Below, piece by piece: positions 19,197 to 29,597 of a DNA stretch of 64,000 nucleotides. Under the pieces are notes generated by a model. It was not told the origin of the DNA. It searched no databases and saw nothing but the letters and a program-made list of their open reading frames with translations. Made by a program: the position numbers and the translations under genes. This stretch comes from Candidatus Omnitrophota bacterium (lineage in GTDB: Bacteria > Omnitrophota > Gorgyraeia > Gygaellales > Profunditerraquicolaceae). The stretch's first letter is position 1, and every line of letters starts with the position of its first letter. The stretch is taken from the NCBI GenBank assembly GCA_049275655.1, contig JBASUY010000057.1, positions 5,303 through 69,302 on the forward strand, given 5' to 3'.

Positions 19197-22100
19197 TATT
19201 CTTTTTTTTGTTTTTCTTCAATGAGTTTTTGGGTAATCTCTTGCGGGACCTGGAGGTATTTAGAAAACTCCATAGAAGCATTTGCCCGGCCTGAGGAGAG
19301 AGAGCGGAATGCCGTAGCATAACCAAACATCTCTGCTAAAGGGACTTCTGCGGAGATTATCTTCTGCTTGCCTTTTGGCTCGGCATTTAAAATCTTTCCT
19401 CGGCGGGAACAGATATATCCGATACAAGCATTAGCGTATTCTTCTATAGTAGATACCTCTAAAGACATATACGGCTCCAATAAAATTGGCTTAGCCTTCA
19501 TAAATGCCTCTTTAAACCCAAAGATACCCGCCATCTTAAAGGCAAGCTCTGAAGAATCTACTTCATGAAAAGAACCGTCGTATAGCTCTACCTTGATATC
19601 TACAACCGGATACCCCACATACACCCCTTTTTGCATCGCTTCAATTACGCCTTTTTCTACCGCAGGAATAAACGAACGCGGTATTGCTCCTCCTTTTATA
19701 GAATCAATAAACTCAAAACCCTCTCCGGGCTTTGCCGGGATAACCCTTAAATTACAATGCCCGTATTGGCCGCGGCCTCCGGATTGTTTAATATATTTTC
19801 CCTCGCCTTCTGATTCTTCGATAATCGTCTCCCGGTAAGCTACTTTTGGTTGCCCAACTATTGCCTCTACCCCAAACTCTTCTTTTAACCTATCAACGAT
19901 AATCTCAAGATGCAGCTCTCCCATCCCGGTTAAAATAACCTCTTTGGTCTCATCATCCGTATTAACGATAAAAGTCGGGTCCTCCTCGGCAAGCCTTGAT
20001 AAACCCTTTCCTAACTTATCCTGATCTGACCTACTCTTTGGGGCAATGCTTAAAGAGACAACCGGAGTAGGAAATTGTATCGCCTCTAATAAAACCGGGC
20101 TCTCCGTATCACAAAGGGTATCCCCGGTAGTTGTATTGCCTAAACCGACTACCGCCACTATATCCCCAGCAAAGGCATACTCAATATTTTCCCTCTGATT
20201 CGCGTGCATCTGGACTATGCGCGCTATCCTCTCCTTTTTATTTTTGGTTGAGTTGAAAATATAAGTTCCCGCCTGAAGGCAGCCGGAATAAATACGAATA
20301 TAGACTAATTTCCCCATATGCGGGTCTGCCTGAACCTTAAAGGCAAGTCCGGCAAAAGGCTCTTCTATTTCAGGTTTACGCAAAAGCATATTATCAGGAT
20401 CCTTTAAATCATGCCCCTCAACTGCCGGGATATCTAAAGGAGAAGGTAGATAAGCTACTACCGCATCTAATAACTTCTGCAATCCTTTATTTTTAAATGC
20501 CGAGCCGCAAAGAAGGGGGACAACCTTGTTAGCTATTGTCCCTTTTCTTATCGCTGAGGACAACTCCTCTGCGCTAAGAGCAGATTCTCCTTCTTCTAAG
20601 TATCTCTTCATCAACCCCTCGTCAAATGCCGTTGCTTTCTCAACCATGATATTACGGTATTCCCTTGCCTTCTCTAAGTAATCTTGAGGGATATCTTCAA
20701 TACGGTATTCTTTACCTAAAGATTCATCTTCATAAATATATGCCTTCATTTCAAGTAAATCCACTACCCCTACAAAATCATCCTCTCCTTTTAATAAGGG
20801 TATCTCTATGGGAAGGGGATTCCCCCCTAAATCCTCCTCTATCCCTTTTAAGACCGCGTAAAAGTCCGCGCCTACCCTATCCATCTTATTAACAAACCCA
20901 ATCTTAGGAACATTATACTTATTTGATTGATGCCAGACTGTCTCTGATTGCGGTTCTACACCACCGACTGCGCAAAAAACAGCCACAGCTCCGTCTAAGA
21001 TACGTAAAGAGCGCTCTACCTCTACTGTAAAATCCACATGTCCAGGGGTATCAATTACATTGATACGGTAATCTTTCCAAAAACAGGTTGTCGCAGCAGA
21101 GGTAATCGTTATCCCCCGCTCTTGCTCCTGCTTCATCCAATCCATAGTCGCAGCCCCCTCGTGCACTTCCCCTATCTTATGGGATTTTCCGGTGTAGAAT
21201 AGTATCCGTTCCGTAGTTGTGGTCTTGCCGGCGTCAATATGCGCCATAATTCCTATATTGCGGGTTTTATCTAAAGAGTATTTTGGTTGGGGAATAAATT
21301 TTCCCTTATCATTAACCTCTGCTGATTGGCTTACAACTTCTTTCTCCTCTTCTTCTTTAAGCTTCTCCTCTTCAACCTCTGTTTCTTTAGGTTGCGCAGG
21401 CAAGGCTTCTTCGTTAATTTGCTCTACCGGTTCCTTTAGATCTTCTTTATCTACAATTGGCTCTATCTCATCTTCTTCTTTTAAAAGTTCGGATTCGTCT
21501 TTATCTTCGCCTTTTATAGGCACGCCTAAAGAAGAACCCTCCTGAGCCTGCTTCCTTAAACTAACTATCTCCTCGGCAAAACCCTTAAGGCGCTCTTCTT
21601 TCTCCTCTAATTCTTTCTCTAATGCAGTATATTCTTCATTAAGCTTGTTAAACTCTGCCTTAGGCACCCATTCACTTATCTTCTCTTTATTCTTAAACTC
21701 TTCTATGGTCTTTAAATAAACCTTTATATCCCGCTCATTTTTTTCTATCCTGTGCCTCTGTATCTCAATCTGCTCACCCTTCTCCTTGATAACCTTCTCT
21801 AACTCGCCTGCTTTTATTTTAAGCTCGTCTATCTCTTTTTTTAAGTTTACGTTTTTGGTAAACTCTTCCTGAGATTCTCTCTCTTTTTCTATAAACCGGT
21901 TCTTAAGTTCTAAATTTTCTGCTTTTACCTTATCAAGCATCCCCTCAGAAGTAGTAACCCACTCCTGCCTACGGCCTAACTCTTCTTTTAGTTCATTATA
22001 TTTACCTGTCGCCTCCTGAAAACTTGCTTTCTCAGTATTATATATGAGGCGTTGTTTTTCAAGCTCTGCTTCTAATTTTTTTAACTCTTCCTCAAGCCGG

Positions 22101-22258
22101 GATATCTTCTGGTCGCGAAAATCAGGCAAGGTAGGGTCGCTTATTTTCTTCCTATGCTTCTTTTCTTTTTGGAGAGAAGGCGAAGAAAAGACCGCATATA
22201 AAGCATAGATAACCATGCCTGCCGCAGGAACTAATACTATTAAAGTCAAATTGTTCAT
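19196..22258 (-). CDS. fusA: Elongation factor G with about 325-aa N-terminal extension (TM helix + coiled coil + acidic linker)
   Basis: It is a continuous 1020-aa ORF. Residues 1-25 form a TM helix ([21 protein letters not shown]). Residues 40-250 are heptad-rich E/K coiled coil. Residues 250-320 form an acidic E-rich linker. From [32 protein letters not shown] onward it is a full-length canonical EF-G with G1-G5 motifs and domains II-V. There is no in-frame ATG/GTG/TTG near the junction. Confidence 0.75.
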   Translation of the reverse strand: MNNLTLIVLVPAAGMVIYALYAVFSSPSLQKEKKHRKKISDPTLPDFRDQKISRLEEELKKLEAELEKQRLIYNTEKASFQEATGKYNELKEELGRRQEWVTTSEGMLDKVKAENLELKNRFIEKERESQEEFTKNVNLKKEIDELKIKAGELEKVIKEKGEQIEIQRHRIEKNERDIKVYLKTIEEFKNKEKISEWVPKAEFNKLNEEYTALEKELEEKEERLKGFAEEIVSLRKQAQEGSSLGVPIKGEDKDESELLKEEDEIEPIVDKEDLKEPVEQINEEALPAQPKETEVEEEKLKEEEEKEVVSQSAEVNDKGKFIPQPKYSLDKTRNIGIMAHIDAGKTTTTERILFYTGKSHKIGEVHEGAATMDWMKQEQERGITITSAATTCFWKDYRINVIDTPGHVDFTVEVERSLRILDGAVAVFCAVGGVEPQSETVWHQSNKYNVPKIGFVNKMDRVGADFYAVLKGIEEDLGGNPLPIEIPLLKGEDDFVGVVDLLEMKAYIYEDESLGKEYRIEDIPQDYLEKAREYRNIMVEKATAFDEGLMKRYLEEGESALSAEELSSAIRKGTIANKVVPLLCGSAFKNKGLQKLLDAVVAYLPSPLDIPAVEGHDLKDPDNMLLRKPEIEEPFAGLAFKVQADPHMGKLVYIRIYSGCLQAGTYIFNSTKNKKERIARIVQMHANQRENIEYAFAGDIVAVVGLGNTTTGDTLCDTESPVLLEAIQFPTPVVSLSIAPKSRSDQDKLGKGLSRLAEEDPTFIVNTDDETKEVILTGMGELHLEIIVDRLKEEFGVEAIVGQPKVAYRETIIEESEGEGKYIKQSGGRGQYGHCNLRVIPAKPGEGFEFIDSIKGGAIPRSFIPAVEKGVIEAMQKGVYVGYPVVDIKVELYDGSFHEVDSSELAFKMAGIFGFKEAFMKAKPILLEPYMSLEVSTIEEYANACIGYICSRRGKILNAEPKGKQKIISAEVPLAEMFGYATAFRSLSSGRANASMEFSKYLQVPQEITQKLIEEKQKKE

Positions 22259-22261
22259 ATA

Positions 22262-23572
22262 TTATTTATCTGCCTTCTTTATCTTCTGCATCCGCTCTTT
22301 TATCTTTAACTCATACCCTATGTCCGTAGGCTCGTAATAACGCACTCTTCGGCGTGTATATTTTTGTTTTACATAATGCCCTTTATAATCGTGGGCATAT
22401 TTATACCCTCTTCCGTGGCCAAGCCCTTCTTTGTCTAAGGTAGCGTCCTTTAAATAGTCCGGGACCTCCTGGACCTTATGGCTCTTAATGTCCTGCATTG
22501 CTTTATCAATAGCTAAATAGCTAGCATTGGATTTAGGGGCGCAAGAGAGATAGATTACCGCCTGCGCTAAAGGTATGCGCGCTTCAGGCATCCCGACAAA
22601 CTCTGATACCTGTAAAGCGGCATTCGCTAAAACTAAAGCTAAAGGGTCAGCATTGCCGACATCCTCCGCTGCTAAGATACAGATTCTACGCGCAATAAAC
22701 CTGGGGTCCTCCCCGGCATAAAGCATCTTCGCCATCCAGTAGAGCGCGGCATCAGGATCGCTTCCGCGCATAGATTTGATAAAAGCAGAAGCAGTATCAT
22801 AATGCCCGTCTTCGCCCTTATCATAGACAACCGGCTTTTTTTGGATAGACTCCACAGCAACTTCTAAATTAATATTTATACTTGCGTCTTGCCCTTTCGG
22901 GGTAGTAAGCACCGCTATCTCAAGGGCATTAAGCGCCCTGCGCGCATCCCCTTCACATATATGCGTTAAAAACTTAAGCGCTTCCTTATCTATTTTGATC
23001 TTTAACGCGCCAAACCCTAAAGATTTATCTTTTAAGGCGCGGGATAAAATTGCGGCGATATCTGAACTTTTAAGGCTTTTAAGCTCGCAGACAAGAGAGC
23101 GGGAGATTAGCGGGGGGATGATAGAAAAATACGGGTTGTATACCGTTGCCCCGATTAAGATAGGGTTTCCTCCCTCTACATCCGGGAGTAAAACATCTTG
23201 CTGTGCTTTATTAAAGCGGTGAATCTCATCTATAAAAAGTATCGTCTTTTTTCCAGTATTAGTATATTTTTGTTTAGCAGAGGATATTATTTTACGCAAC
23301 TCTTCTACATTGGAGATTGTAGCATTAATAGAAGTATAGTAGGCTTTTGTGGTATTTGCAATACACCAAGCTAAAGAAGTCTTGCCTACCCCAGGCGGGC
23401 CAAATAGGACAAGGGAATTTAATCGGTCAGATTCTATTGCCCGGCGCAAAAGCTTCCCCTTACCTATAATATCCTCTTGACCAATAAAATCATCTAAAGA
23501 AGCTGGCCGCATGCGGATTGCCAAGGGGAGATTTTTAAGCTCTTCCATTTTTTCTTTAGGGAATAAATCCAT
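22262..23572 (-). CDS. rarA: Replication-associated recombination protein A (AAA+ ATPase RarA/MgsA)
   Basis: It has a Walker A motif (LFGPPGVGKTSLA), a Walker B motif (ILFIDEIHRFNK) and a MgsA C-terminal domain. The track ORF extends to 23701. The conserved N-terminus begins MDLFPKEK at about 23572. Confidence 0.85.
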   Translation of the reverse strand: MDLFPKEKMEELKNLPLAIRMRPASLDDFIGQEDIIGKGKLLRRAIESDRLNSLVLFGPPGVGKTSLAWCIANTTKAYYTSINATISNVEELRKIISSAKQKYTNTGKKTILFIDEIHRFNKAQQDVLLPDVEGGNPILIGATVYNPYFSIIPPLISRSLVCELKSLKSSDIAAILSRALKDKSLGFGALKIKIDKEALKFLTHICEGDARRALNALEIAVLTTPKGQDASININLEVAVESIQKKPVVYDKGEDGHYDTASAFIKSMRGSDPDAALYWMAKMLYAGEDPRFIARRICILAAEDVGNADPLALVLANAALQVSEFVGMPEARIPLAQAVIYLSCAPKSNASYLAIDKAMQDIKSHKVQEVPDYLKDATLDKEGLGHGRGYKYAHDYKGHYVKQKYTRRRVRYYEPTDIGYELKIKERMQKIKKADK

Positions 23573-23791
23573 AACATAAAAAAATCCCCGCTTTGTGCCG
23601 TTAGACTGACTCAATTGAACCGATCTTTTTAGGTGGGTGCCTTCTCTATGGCGCAAAAGCGTCGTAGAATACAGGCTCCCTTGATATTTTTGTTGGTTCA
23701 AAAATTATCAATTTTCCAACGCGCACAGCAGGGATTTTAAAAGAACTCGTTTTCTAAAAAAAGTATAGCACATATTTTCGCAAAGTCAACC

Positions 23792-25816
23792 CTACCTTAT
23801 CTGAATACCGAATCTGCTCTTTAACAAAAGGCAAATACTCTCATGAAGCGGAGCAACATCCTCTTCTGTTAAAGTGCGCTCATAAGATGCATAAACTAAC
23901 TCTAAAGTCAACCCGCGGTAACCTTCCGGTATTTGCCTGCCCTTATAATAATCCGATACCTTTAAGCTTTGTAAAAGAGGCCTGCCCTTTTCTTCTATAG
24001 CAAGCAGGATATTTTTAATAGATTCTTCGTTTTTTAAAATAATGCTTATATCCCGGGGAGATCCGGGGTATTTTAAGAGCGGGGCATACCTTTTTTTTAC
24101 CGAGGAAGGCAGAGGTATTTTGTTTAAAGACAGCTCCGCGACAAAAACATCCCTACCTTTAATACCAAAGGCATCAAGCACCTTTTGGCTTAAAACTTGC
24201 ATTAACCCGGCTTTTTCATTATTAATATAAACCTCTGCCTTTAATTCGCGCGCATCACTTACAAAATCATACTCCTTGGTACAAAGCCTTCTTAAAAGCG
24301 TTTCAATGACTCCCTTTAAATTAAGCATCCCCGTCTCGTCCTTAACAACAAGGTCATTAAAAAATGCCTTTTTTGTCCCGCTTAAGGCTAACCCAAGCCT
24401 AAGCTCTTGACAGACAGACCCCCCTTTTTCAAAGAATACATTAGCGCATTCAAAGAGGGCTATGTAATCCTGCTTCTGATTTAAATTATGCGCTACTGCG
24501 CAGGCTAGCCCCGGGATAAGCGTTGTCCTTAATACCCCTTGCTCTTGGCTTAAAGGGTTTAGTAGTTCTATCGGACTTGATAAGGCGTTAATGCTATTTA
24601 AATATTTTATATTGGTAAGGCTATATGTAATCGCCTCATTTAATCCTAACCCTACAAGGATATCCTTTACCTTTGATACCAAAACCCTCTCTTCTTCAAT
24701 GATTACAGAAGACAAGACCCTAGGCAAAGTTACCGGGATATGTTCATAGCCATAAATACGGATAACCTCTTCCATTAAATCCTCTTCCAAAGAGACATCC
24801 TGCCTGAATGAAGGAATAGCGACATCTAATAACCCTCTTTCTTTTGCCTTAACCTTAAACCCTAACCCGGATAAGATACTTTTAATACACGCAGTTTTAA
24901 TCTTAAGGCCTGATGCCTTTTCTAAATTAGCCGGATTAAGCAAAACTCTCTTTTTTTTAGGTTCTGCTAAGCCCAAAGAATAAAATCCTTTATCCTCTCC
25001 GGAACAAAACTCAATAATCAACTGAGCCGCCCTCTCAGATGCCTTAACTACCCCTGTTAAATCTACCCCTCTTTCAAACCTATAGCTAGATTCACTCTGC
25101 ATCCCTTGTAATTGCCTCTGCCTGCGGATTACCACAGGGTTAAAAACCGCTGATTCTAATAAAATACTGGTTGTAGTATAAGAGACTTCAGAACCCTTCC
25201 CTCCCATAATACCGGCTAATGCCAATGGCTTTTCTTCATCGGCGATAACCAAAGAAGCTTCATTGATATCCCTTGTTAAACCATCAATAGTTACAAGCCT
25301 CTCCCCTCTTCTGCCGCGCCGCACAAAAATCTTATTTGAGTTTATCTTATCTAAATCAAATGCATGCAACGGCTCTCCTAATTCAAAGAGGCAATAATTA
25401 GTTATATCTACAATATTATTTACGCTACGGCAACCAATAAGTTCAAGCCTCTTCCGCAACCAACCCGCGGAAGGCCCGACCTTAACCCCTCTAATAATTC
25501 TTGCACTATACAAGGGGCAGTCTTTTTTGTCCTCAATAGTTATCTTTATCCCTACAGGCTCTTTTTCGCCCTTCCTCTGCTTAAACTTTAAAGGCTTTAA
25601 ACTTGTTCCGGTTATAGCAGATACCTCTCTGGCTATACCAACAATGCTTAACCAATCAGGACGGTTAGAGGTAATCTCTACTTCAAATAGATAATCCCCT
25701 TCCTTAGACTGCAAAGAGATAACCTCTAGTCCTGCCATAGTAAGTTTTTCCGCAAGCCTTGCCGGGGATATCCTAATATCAATATAATCTTTTAGCCAAT
25801 TATAAGTAAATTTCAT
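23792..25816 (-). CDS. pheT: Phenylalanine--tRNA ligase beta subunit (short form lacking N-terminal tRNA-binding domain)
   Basis: The 674 aa product begins MKFTYNWLKDYIDIRISP. It has B3/4 and B5 domains, a FDX-ACB C-terminal domain and a terminal GIQIR. Confidence 0.85.
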   Translation of the reverse strand: MKFTYNWLKDYIDIRISPARLAEKLTMAGLEVISLQSKEGDYLFEVEITSNRPDWLSIVGIAREVSAITGTSLKPLKFKQRKGEKEPVGIKITIEDKKDCPLYSARIIRGVKVGPSAGWLRKRLELIGCRSVNNIVDITNYCLFELGEPLHAFDLDKINSNKIFVRRGRRGERLVTIDGLTRDINEASLVIADEEKPLALAGIMGGKGSEVSYTTTSILLESAVFNPVVIRRQRQLQGMQSESSYRFERGVDLTGVVKASERAAQLIIEFCSGEDKGFYSLGLAEPKKKRVLLNPANLEKASGLKIKTACIKSILSGLGFKVKAKERGLLDVAIPSFRQDVSLEEDLMEEVIRIYGYEHIPVTLPRVLSSVIIEEERVLVSKVKDILVGLGLNEAITYSLTNIKYLNSINALSSPIELLNPLSQEQGVLRTTLIPGLACAVAHNLNQKQDYIALFECANVFFEKGGSVCQELRLGLALSGTKKAFFNDLVVKDETGMLNLKGVIETLLRRLCTKEYDFVSDARELKAEVYINNEKAGLMQVLSQKVLDAFGIKGRDVFVAELSLNKIPLPSSVKKRYAPLLKYPGSPRDISIILKNEESIKNILLAIEEKGRPLLQSLKVSDYYKGRQIPEGYRGLTLELVYASYERTLTEEDVAPLHESICLLLKSRFGIQIR

Positions 25817-25819
25817 CCT

Positions 25820-26833
25820 TTAAAATTGTTTTAAAAACCTTAAGTCATTCTCAAAGAATACCCTTATATCATTTATTCCATATTTAAGCATCGCTATTCT
25901 TTCTAAGCCCATGCCAAAGGCAAATCCGGTATATTTTTTATAATCTATCCCTACGCCTTTTAAGACATTCGGGTGTATCATCCCTGCGCCTAAAATCTCA
26001 AGCCAGCCTTTTTTACCGCAGACCGAACAACCTTTCCCCTTGCAGATAATACACGATATATCCACTTCGGCTGATGGCTCGGTAAAAGGAAAAAAGTGCG
26101 GACGAAAACGCATCTTTATATCATCCTGGAATATTCTTTTAGCGAATAACTCAAGCGTTCCTTTTAAATCTGAGAACCTCACCCCCCTATCAACCATAAA
26201 ACCTTCTATCTGATGGAACATAAAAGAGTGCGAGGCATCTACCGCATCTGGGCGATAAACCTTCCCCGGAACTATTACTGCCAACGGGACCTTATACTTT
26301 TTCATCACGCGTACCTGTGCCGGGGATGTATGGCTACGCAACAACATCTTAGGATAACCTTTTAGGTAAAATGTATCAAATGCCTCCCGCGAAGGATGCT
26401 CCAAAGGGATATTTAAGCCGGTAAAGTTATTATACTCACTCTCTACTTCAGGGCCTTCTATGGTAGAAAACCCCATGGAGTTAAAAATGGCGCATATCTG
26501 GTCATTAATCTGGGTTAAAGGATGCAAACTCCCTAAATCCTGGACAACCCCTGGCATCCCTATATCAAAAGAAGAAGAAGCTTTGTCATTTTTTAAAGAT
26601 GCTGAGTTTTTTTGCGCTTCCTCTAAAAACTCAAAAACCTTCTTCTTCAGGCTGTTAACTTTTTGCCCAAAAGCAGAGCGCTCATTTAAAGGCAATGTAG
26701 GTATAGTGGCGGTAAGCTCAGATAAAATCCCCTTCCTCCCTAAATATTTAAGGCGAAACTCTTCTACGCCCTTAAGAGAATCTATACCCTTAGATTCTAT
26801 CTCTACTTGCGCAATAATAATATCAATATCCAT
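25820..26833 (-). CDS. pheS: Phenylalanine--tRNA ligase alpha subunit
   Basis: It has a class II aaRS core (FRPHFFPFTEPSAEVDI, GWLEILGAGMIHPNVL, AFGMGLERIAMLKYGI). Confidence 0.9.
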   Translation of the reverse strand: MDIDIIIAQVEIESKGIDSLKGVEEFRLKYLGRKGILSELTATIPTLPLNERSAFGQKVNSLKKKVFEFLEEAQKNSASLKNDKASSSFDIGMPGVVQDLGSLHPLTQINDQICAIFNSMGFSTIEGPEVESEYNNFTGLNIPLEHPSREAFDTFYLKGYPKMLLRSHTSPAQVRVMKKYKVPLAVIVPGKVYRPDAVDASHSFMFHQIEGFMVDRGVRFSDLKGTLELFAKRIFQDDIKMRFRPHFFPFTEPSAEVDISCIICKGKGCSVCGKKGWLEILGAGMIHPNVLKGVGIDYKKYTGFAFGMGLERIAMLKYGINDIRVFFENDLRFLKQF

Positions 26834-27297
26834 AGCAACAAAACCCCGAATAATATTAAGGCCTTATTTTTTTTACCCTCTTCTATCCGCTCATCAACAC
26901 TTCTACCGGAAGAAATCTTAGTAAAGGCTTGCGCGTGTATATCTAAACTACCTCCGTGCTCAGGGCAAGAACGGTTAAATACGCCATCAACCTCGAAGGT
27001 GTCCCCTTTAGTTTTATAACTTCCAGTATAAAGAATATTTTTAGTTAAGCTCACGGGAACCCATACGCCTACGGCGTTTTCTCCGTCGTGCAAGTTAACC
27101 CAAGCAAAATTACCACGCCGCATAACCTCTCCGATCACTTCCCCTTTATATTTTACATCCTTCCCGTCATACTCTTTTGCCTTTTCTATCAAAGCAGAGC
27201 TTGGTAGGCTATCTAAGGCAAAGGCAAGATTTAATTTTATAGTAAATACTGATAATATAGCAGAAATTACGCAGATAACAGCAATTTTTTTTCGCAT
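26803..27297 (-). CDS. Exported hypothetical protein with C-terminal TM anchor
   Basis: It has a signal peptide (MRKKIAVICVISAILSVFTIKLNLAFA) and a C-terminal hydrophobic segment (ALILFGVLLLWILILLL). The middle may be an OB-like fold, but no family is assigned. Confidence 0.45.
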   Translation of the reverse strand: MRKKIAVICVISAILSVFTIKLNLAFALDSLPSSALIEKAKEYDGKDVKYKGEVIGEVMRRGNFAWVNLHDGENAVGVWVPVSLTKNILYTGSYKTKGDTFEVDGVFNRSCPEHGGSLDIHAQAFTKISSGRSVDERIEEGKKNKALILFGVLLLWILILLLRK

Positions 27298-27298
27298 C

Positions 27299-28801
27299 CT
27301 ATTTTCCTTTTACTAAAGCTATAAAAAAACCGGCTAAGGTAAATACGGATAAAAACTCAAGCCGCCCTGCCCACATCTGCAAAATGTATGTTATTTTTAA
27401 AAAAGCGGGCATAGATATAGAGGTTATACCGCATGACAACCCCACGTTCCCTGCTGCAGAGGTAGATTCAAATAAGGCATTTAAAAAGGGATGCCCATAG
27501 AGCATCCCTACGCATGCGCCAAAAAAATATAGGATAATGTAAGATACTGTAATAAGGAAAGCGCTGCGTACTTGAGCATCCTGCAAGAAGACCTCCTTGA
27601 CATGATGCATCTTCTCTATCAAAATAGCCCTCTCCGGCAACATAATCTTTTTTATATCTTCAATAAAAGCTTTAAAGATTATACCCACTCTCAACATCTT
27701 AATTGCTCCGGTCGTAGAGCAGACTGACCCTCCTAAGCCCATTGCTACAATTAAACCTACTAAACTTAAATTATTCCATTCTCCTGTCAACTGAGCCGGA
27801 TATAACGTTTGAAACCCGCTCCCCGAATGCCCGGATATTAATTGAAAAAAACCTTTGCGAAAAAGCAGGCCTGCCTGAAGATAAATCCCGGAGCGCTTCA
27901 AGCCTATAGCAACAATAGAAAATATAGCTATGACGGACACAAAAAAAGTAATTGACTCTATATTCTTCGCTATCTCTTTTCGATTCCCAGCCCAAATATG
28001 ATAATGGAGTTTAAAATTAAGGGCGCCTATAATCATCAATAAGATAACTACAATTTCAAAGGCAAAAGAACGGTAATACAAAATACTCTGGGATTGCGGA
28101 GTAAATCCCCCGGTATCAAAGGCAGCCATAAATATGCACAACCCGTGGAAAAAAGCATTAAACGGTCTCATCCCCTCTAAAACTCCAACCAGAAAAAGCG
28201 CTGATGTCCCTATAATCATATAGACGACACTTACCATCCATATAAACCGCGCACTATGAATTACATTGGGCATAATCCTCTCCTCGCGCCCCTCCCCCAC
28301 ATAGAGCTTAAAGATTCCCGAGGCCCCTTTTACAAAAAAAGAAAGGGCAATAATCACAATCCCTTGCCCTCCTATAAACATAGTCATATGCCGCCAGAGG
28401 TTGTGCGTTAAAGACATATGGTCTAAATTTTGCACTAAGGTAAGCCCTGTGGTAGCAAATCCGGACATAGAATCAAAACAGGCATCAAGGAAAGACCTCC
28501 AGTGCCCGCTTAGGTACATAGGAACTGCGCCTAAGAACATCGCAGCTATCCATGCCAGAGAGACAACCACCATCCCCTGCATCCAATTAATCTCGCGTTC
28601 TGTCCGGCAGAAAAGAATAAGCACAACCCCGGATATCAGCCCTATTTCTAAACCGATGATAAAATCCAAAACAGGGTTTATCTCTCTGGCTACTATACCT
28701 ACTATAATAGGAACTAACATAACAAAGGAGAGTCCTATTATTATCTTGCCTAAATAATAACCTATGGTTCTTACATCTTGTATGCTTGGTTTTAAGATCA
28801 T
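27299..28801 (-). CDS. trkH: Trk/Ktr-type K+ uptake membrane subunit
   Basis: The 500 aa polytopic protein has repeated M1-P-M2 units and glycine selectivity-filter-like motifs (TTGLT, DTGGFT, SGSGFQ, NVGLS). Confidence 0.85.
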   Translation of the reverse strand: MILKPSIQDVRTIGYYLGKIIIGLSFVMLVPIIVGIVAREINPVLDFIIGLEIGLISGVVLILFCRTEREINWMQGMVVVSLAWIAAMFLGAVPMYLSGHWRSFLDACFDSMSGFATTGLTLVQNLDHMSLTHNLWRHMTMFIGGQGIVIIALSFFVKGASGIFKLYVGEGREERIMPNVIHSARFIWMVSVVYMIIGTSALFLVGVLEGMRPFNAFFHGLCIFMAAFDTGGFTPQSQSILYYRSFAFEIVVILLMIIGALNFKLHYHIWAGNRKEIAKNIESITFFVSVIAIFSIVAIGLKRSGIYLQAGLLFRKGFFQLISGHSGSGFQTLYPAQLTGEWNNLSLVGLIVAMGLGGSVCSTTGAIKMLRVGIIFKAFIEDIKKIMLPERAILIEKMHHVKEVFLQDAQVRSAFLITVSYIILYFFGACVGMLYGHPFLNALFESTSAAGNVGLSCGITSISMPAFLKITYILQMWAGRLEFLSVFTLAGFFIALVKGK

Positions 28802-28917
28802 TTTTTTAAATTTATAAGAAAGGCTCCAAGGAATGCGGCAAAAATTATGCAGAGGGCATAAAATACCTCTATAGATATGCCAAAAATGGCGTTTAATAAC
28901 TGCTTCTTCTTAATCAT
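28798..28917 (-). CDS. Candidate 39-aa single-TM microprotein between trkA and trkH
   Basis: The reverse strand reads ATG ATT AAG AAG AAG CAG ... giving MIKKKQLLNAIFGISIEVFYALCIIFAAFLGAFLINLKK. Its ATG overlaps the trkA stop (ATGA) and its stop overlaps the trkH ATG. The exact stop position depends on the length of a T/A homopolymer run at about 28801-28807 that I could not count unambiguously. Confidence 0.3.
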   Translation of the reverse strand: MIKKKQLLNAIFGISIEVFYALCIIFAAFLGAFLINLKK

Positions 28918-29576
28918 AGCCTTCCTGCCAAGAGGCTTAAAAGTTGCGGTTCATTGCCTATGGCTGTCAATGCTACCACATCATCACCGGATAAAAGTAT
29001 TGTATTCCCTTTAGGGACGATAACATCGTCCCCGCGTAAAATTGATACTAAGACCGAATCCTCCGGAAGAAGAATATCTTTTACCTCTTTATTAATCACA
29101 GGCGAGTCCTCCGGTAAATCCACCCGCACAATAGCAAGCTTGCCGCGCTTAAAGCTCATAAGGGTAACAAGATCGGAGAAGGAGACCTCCTCTTCTATAA
29201 TCTTAGAGATTATCCTAGTAGCATCCACCGGGACATCAACACCCAACCGGCTAAAGGTATGCTCATTATCCGGATTATTTACGCGCCCTACTGTCCGCCC
29301 TACATCAAACCTCTCCTTAGCCAATTGGCAGAGAATAAGATTATCCTCATCATCGCCGGTAACCGCAGCCACCACATCAGCACGCGCAATCCCTGCCTCT
29401 TCTAATATTTTAGGTTCGCATCCGTCGCCGTTAATAACCAAAGCCTCTGTCTCTTTGGCTATCTTTTCGCAAATAGACCTATCTTTATCAACTATACTTA
29501 CAGTATGCTTATTAGCAATAAGCCTCTTTGCTAAAAAATAACCCACCTTCCCTGCGCCTACGATTAAAATATACAT
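28914..29576 (-). CDS. trkA: Trk/Ktr system NAD-binding regulatory subunit (RCK_N + RCK_C)
   Basis: It has a Rossmann motif (MYILIVGAGKVGYFLAKRL) and a TrkA-C domain. Confidence 0.85.
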   Translation of the reverse strand: MYILIVGAGKVGYFLAKRLIANKHTVSIVDKDRSICEKIAKETEALVINGDGCEPKILEEAGIARADVVAAVTGDDEDNLILCQLAKERFDVGRTVGRVNNPDNEHTFSRLGVDVPVDATRIISKIIEEEVSFSDLVTLMSFKRGKLAIVRVDLPEDSPVINKEVKDILLPEDSVLVSILRGDDVIVPKGNTILLSGDDVVALTAIGNEPQLLSLLAGRL

Positions 29577-29597
29577 TACCCGCCCTTTTTAAAAAAT

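Noticed and set aside
19108-19326. A 72-aa minus-strand ORF overlapping the 3' end of the EF-G fusion gene and its terminator.
   Set aside because: It spans the terminator hairpin and overlaps a conserved EF-G C-terminus in another frame; it is a basic low-complexity peptide and most likely spurious.
23573-23701. A 43-aa N-terminal extension on rarA in the track ORF.
   Set aside because: RarA/MgsA orthologues begin at MDLF...; the extension has no conserved features and probably reflects the first in-frame ATG rather than the real start.
28954-29541. A 195-aa plus-strand ORF rich in Ser/Thr, fully inside trkA on the opposite strand.
   Set aside because: It is low-complexity, antisense to a well-conserved gene, and has no start context; it is a typical shadow ORF. 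The same holds for 441..683, 16812..17207, 21219..21545, 47914..48553, 48739..49146 and 53004..53414.
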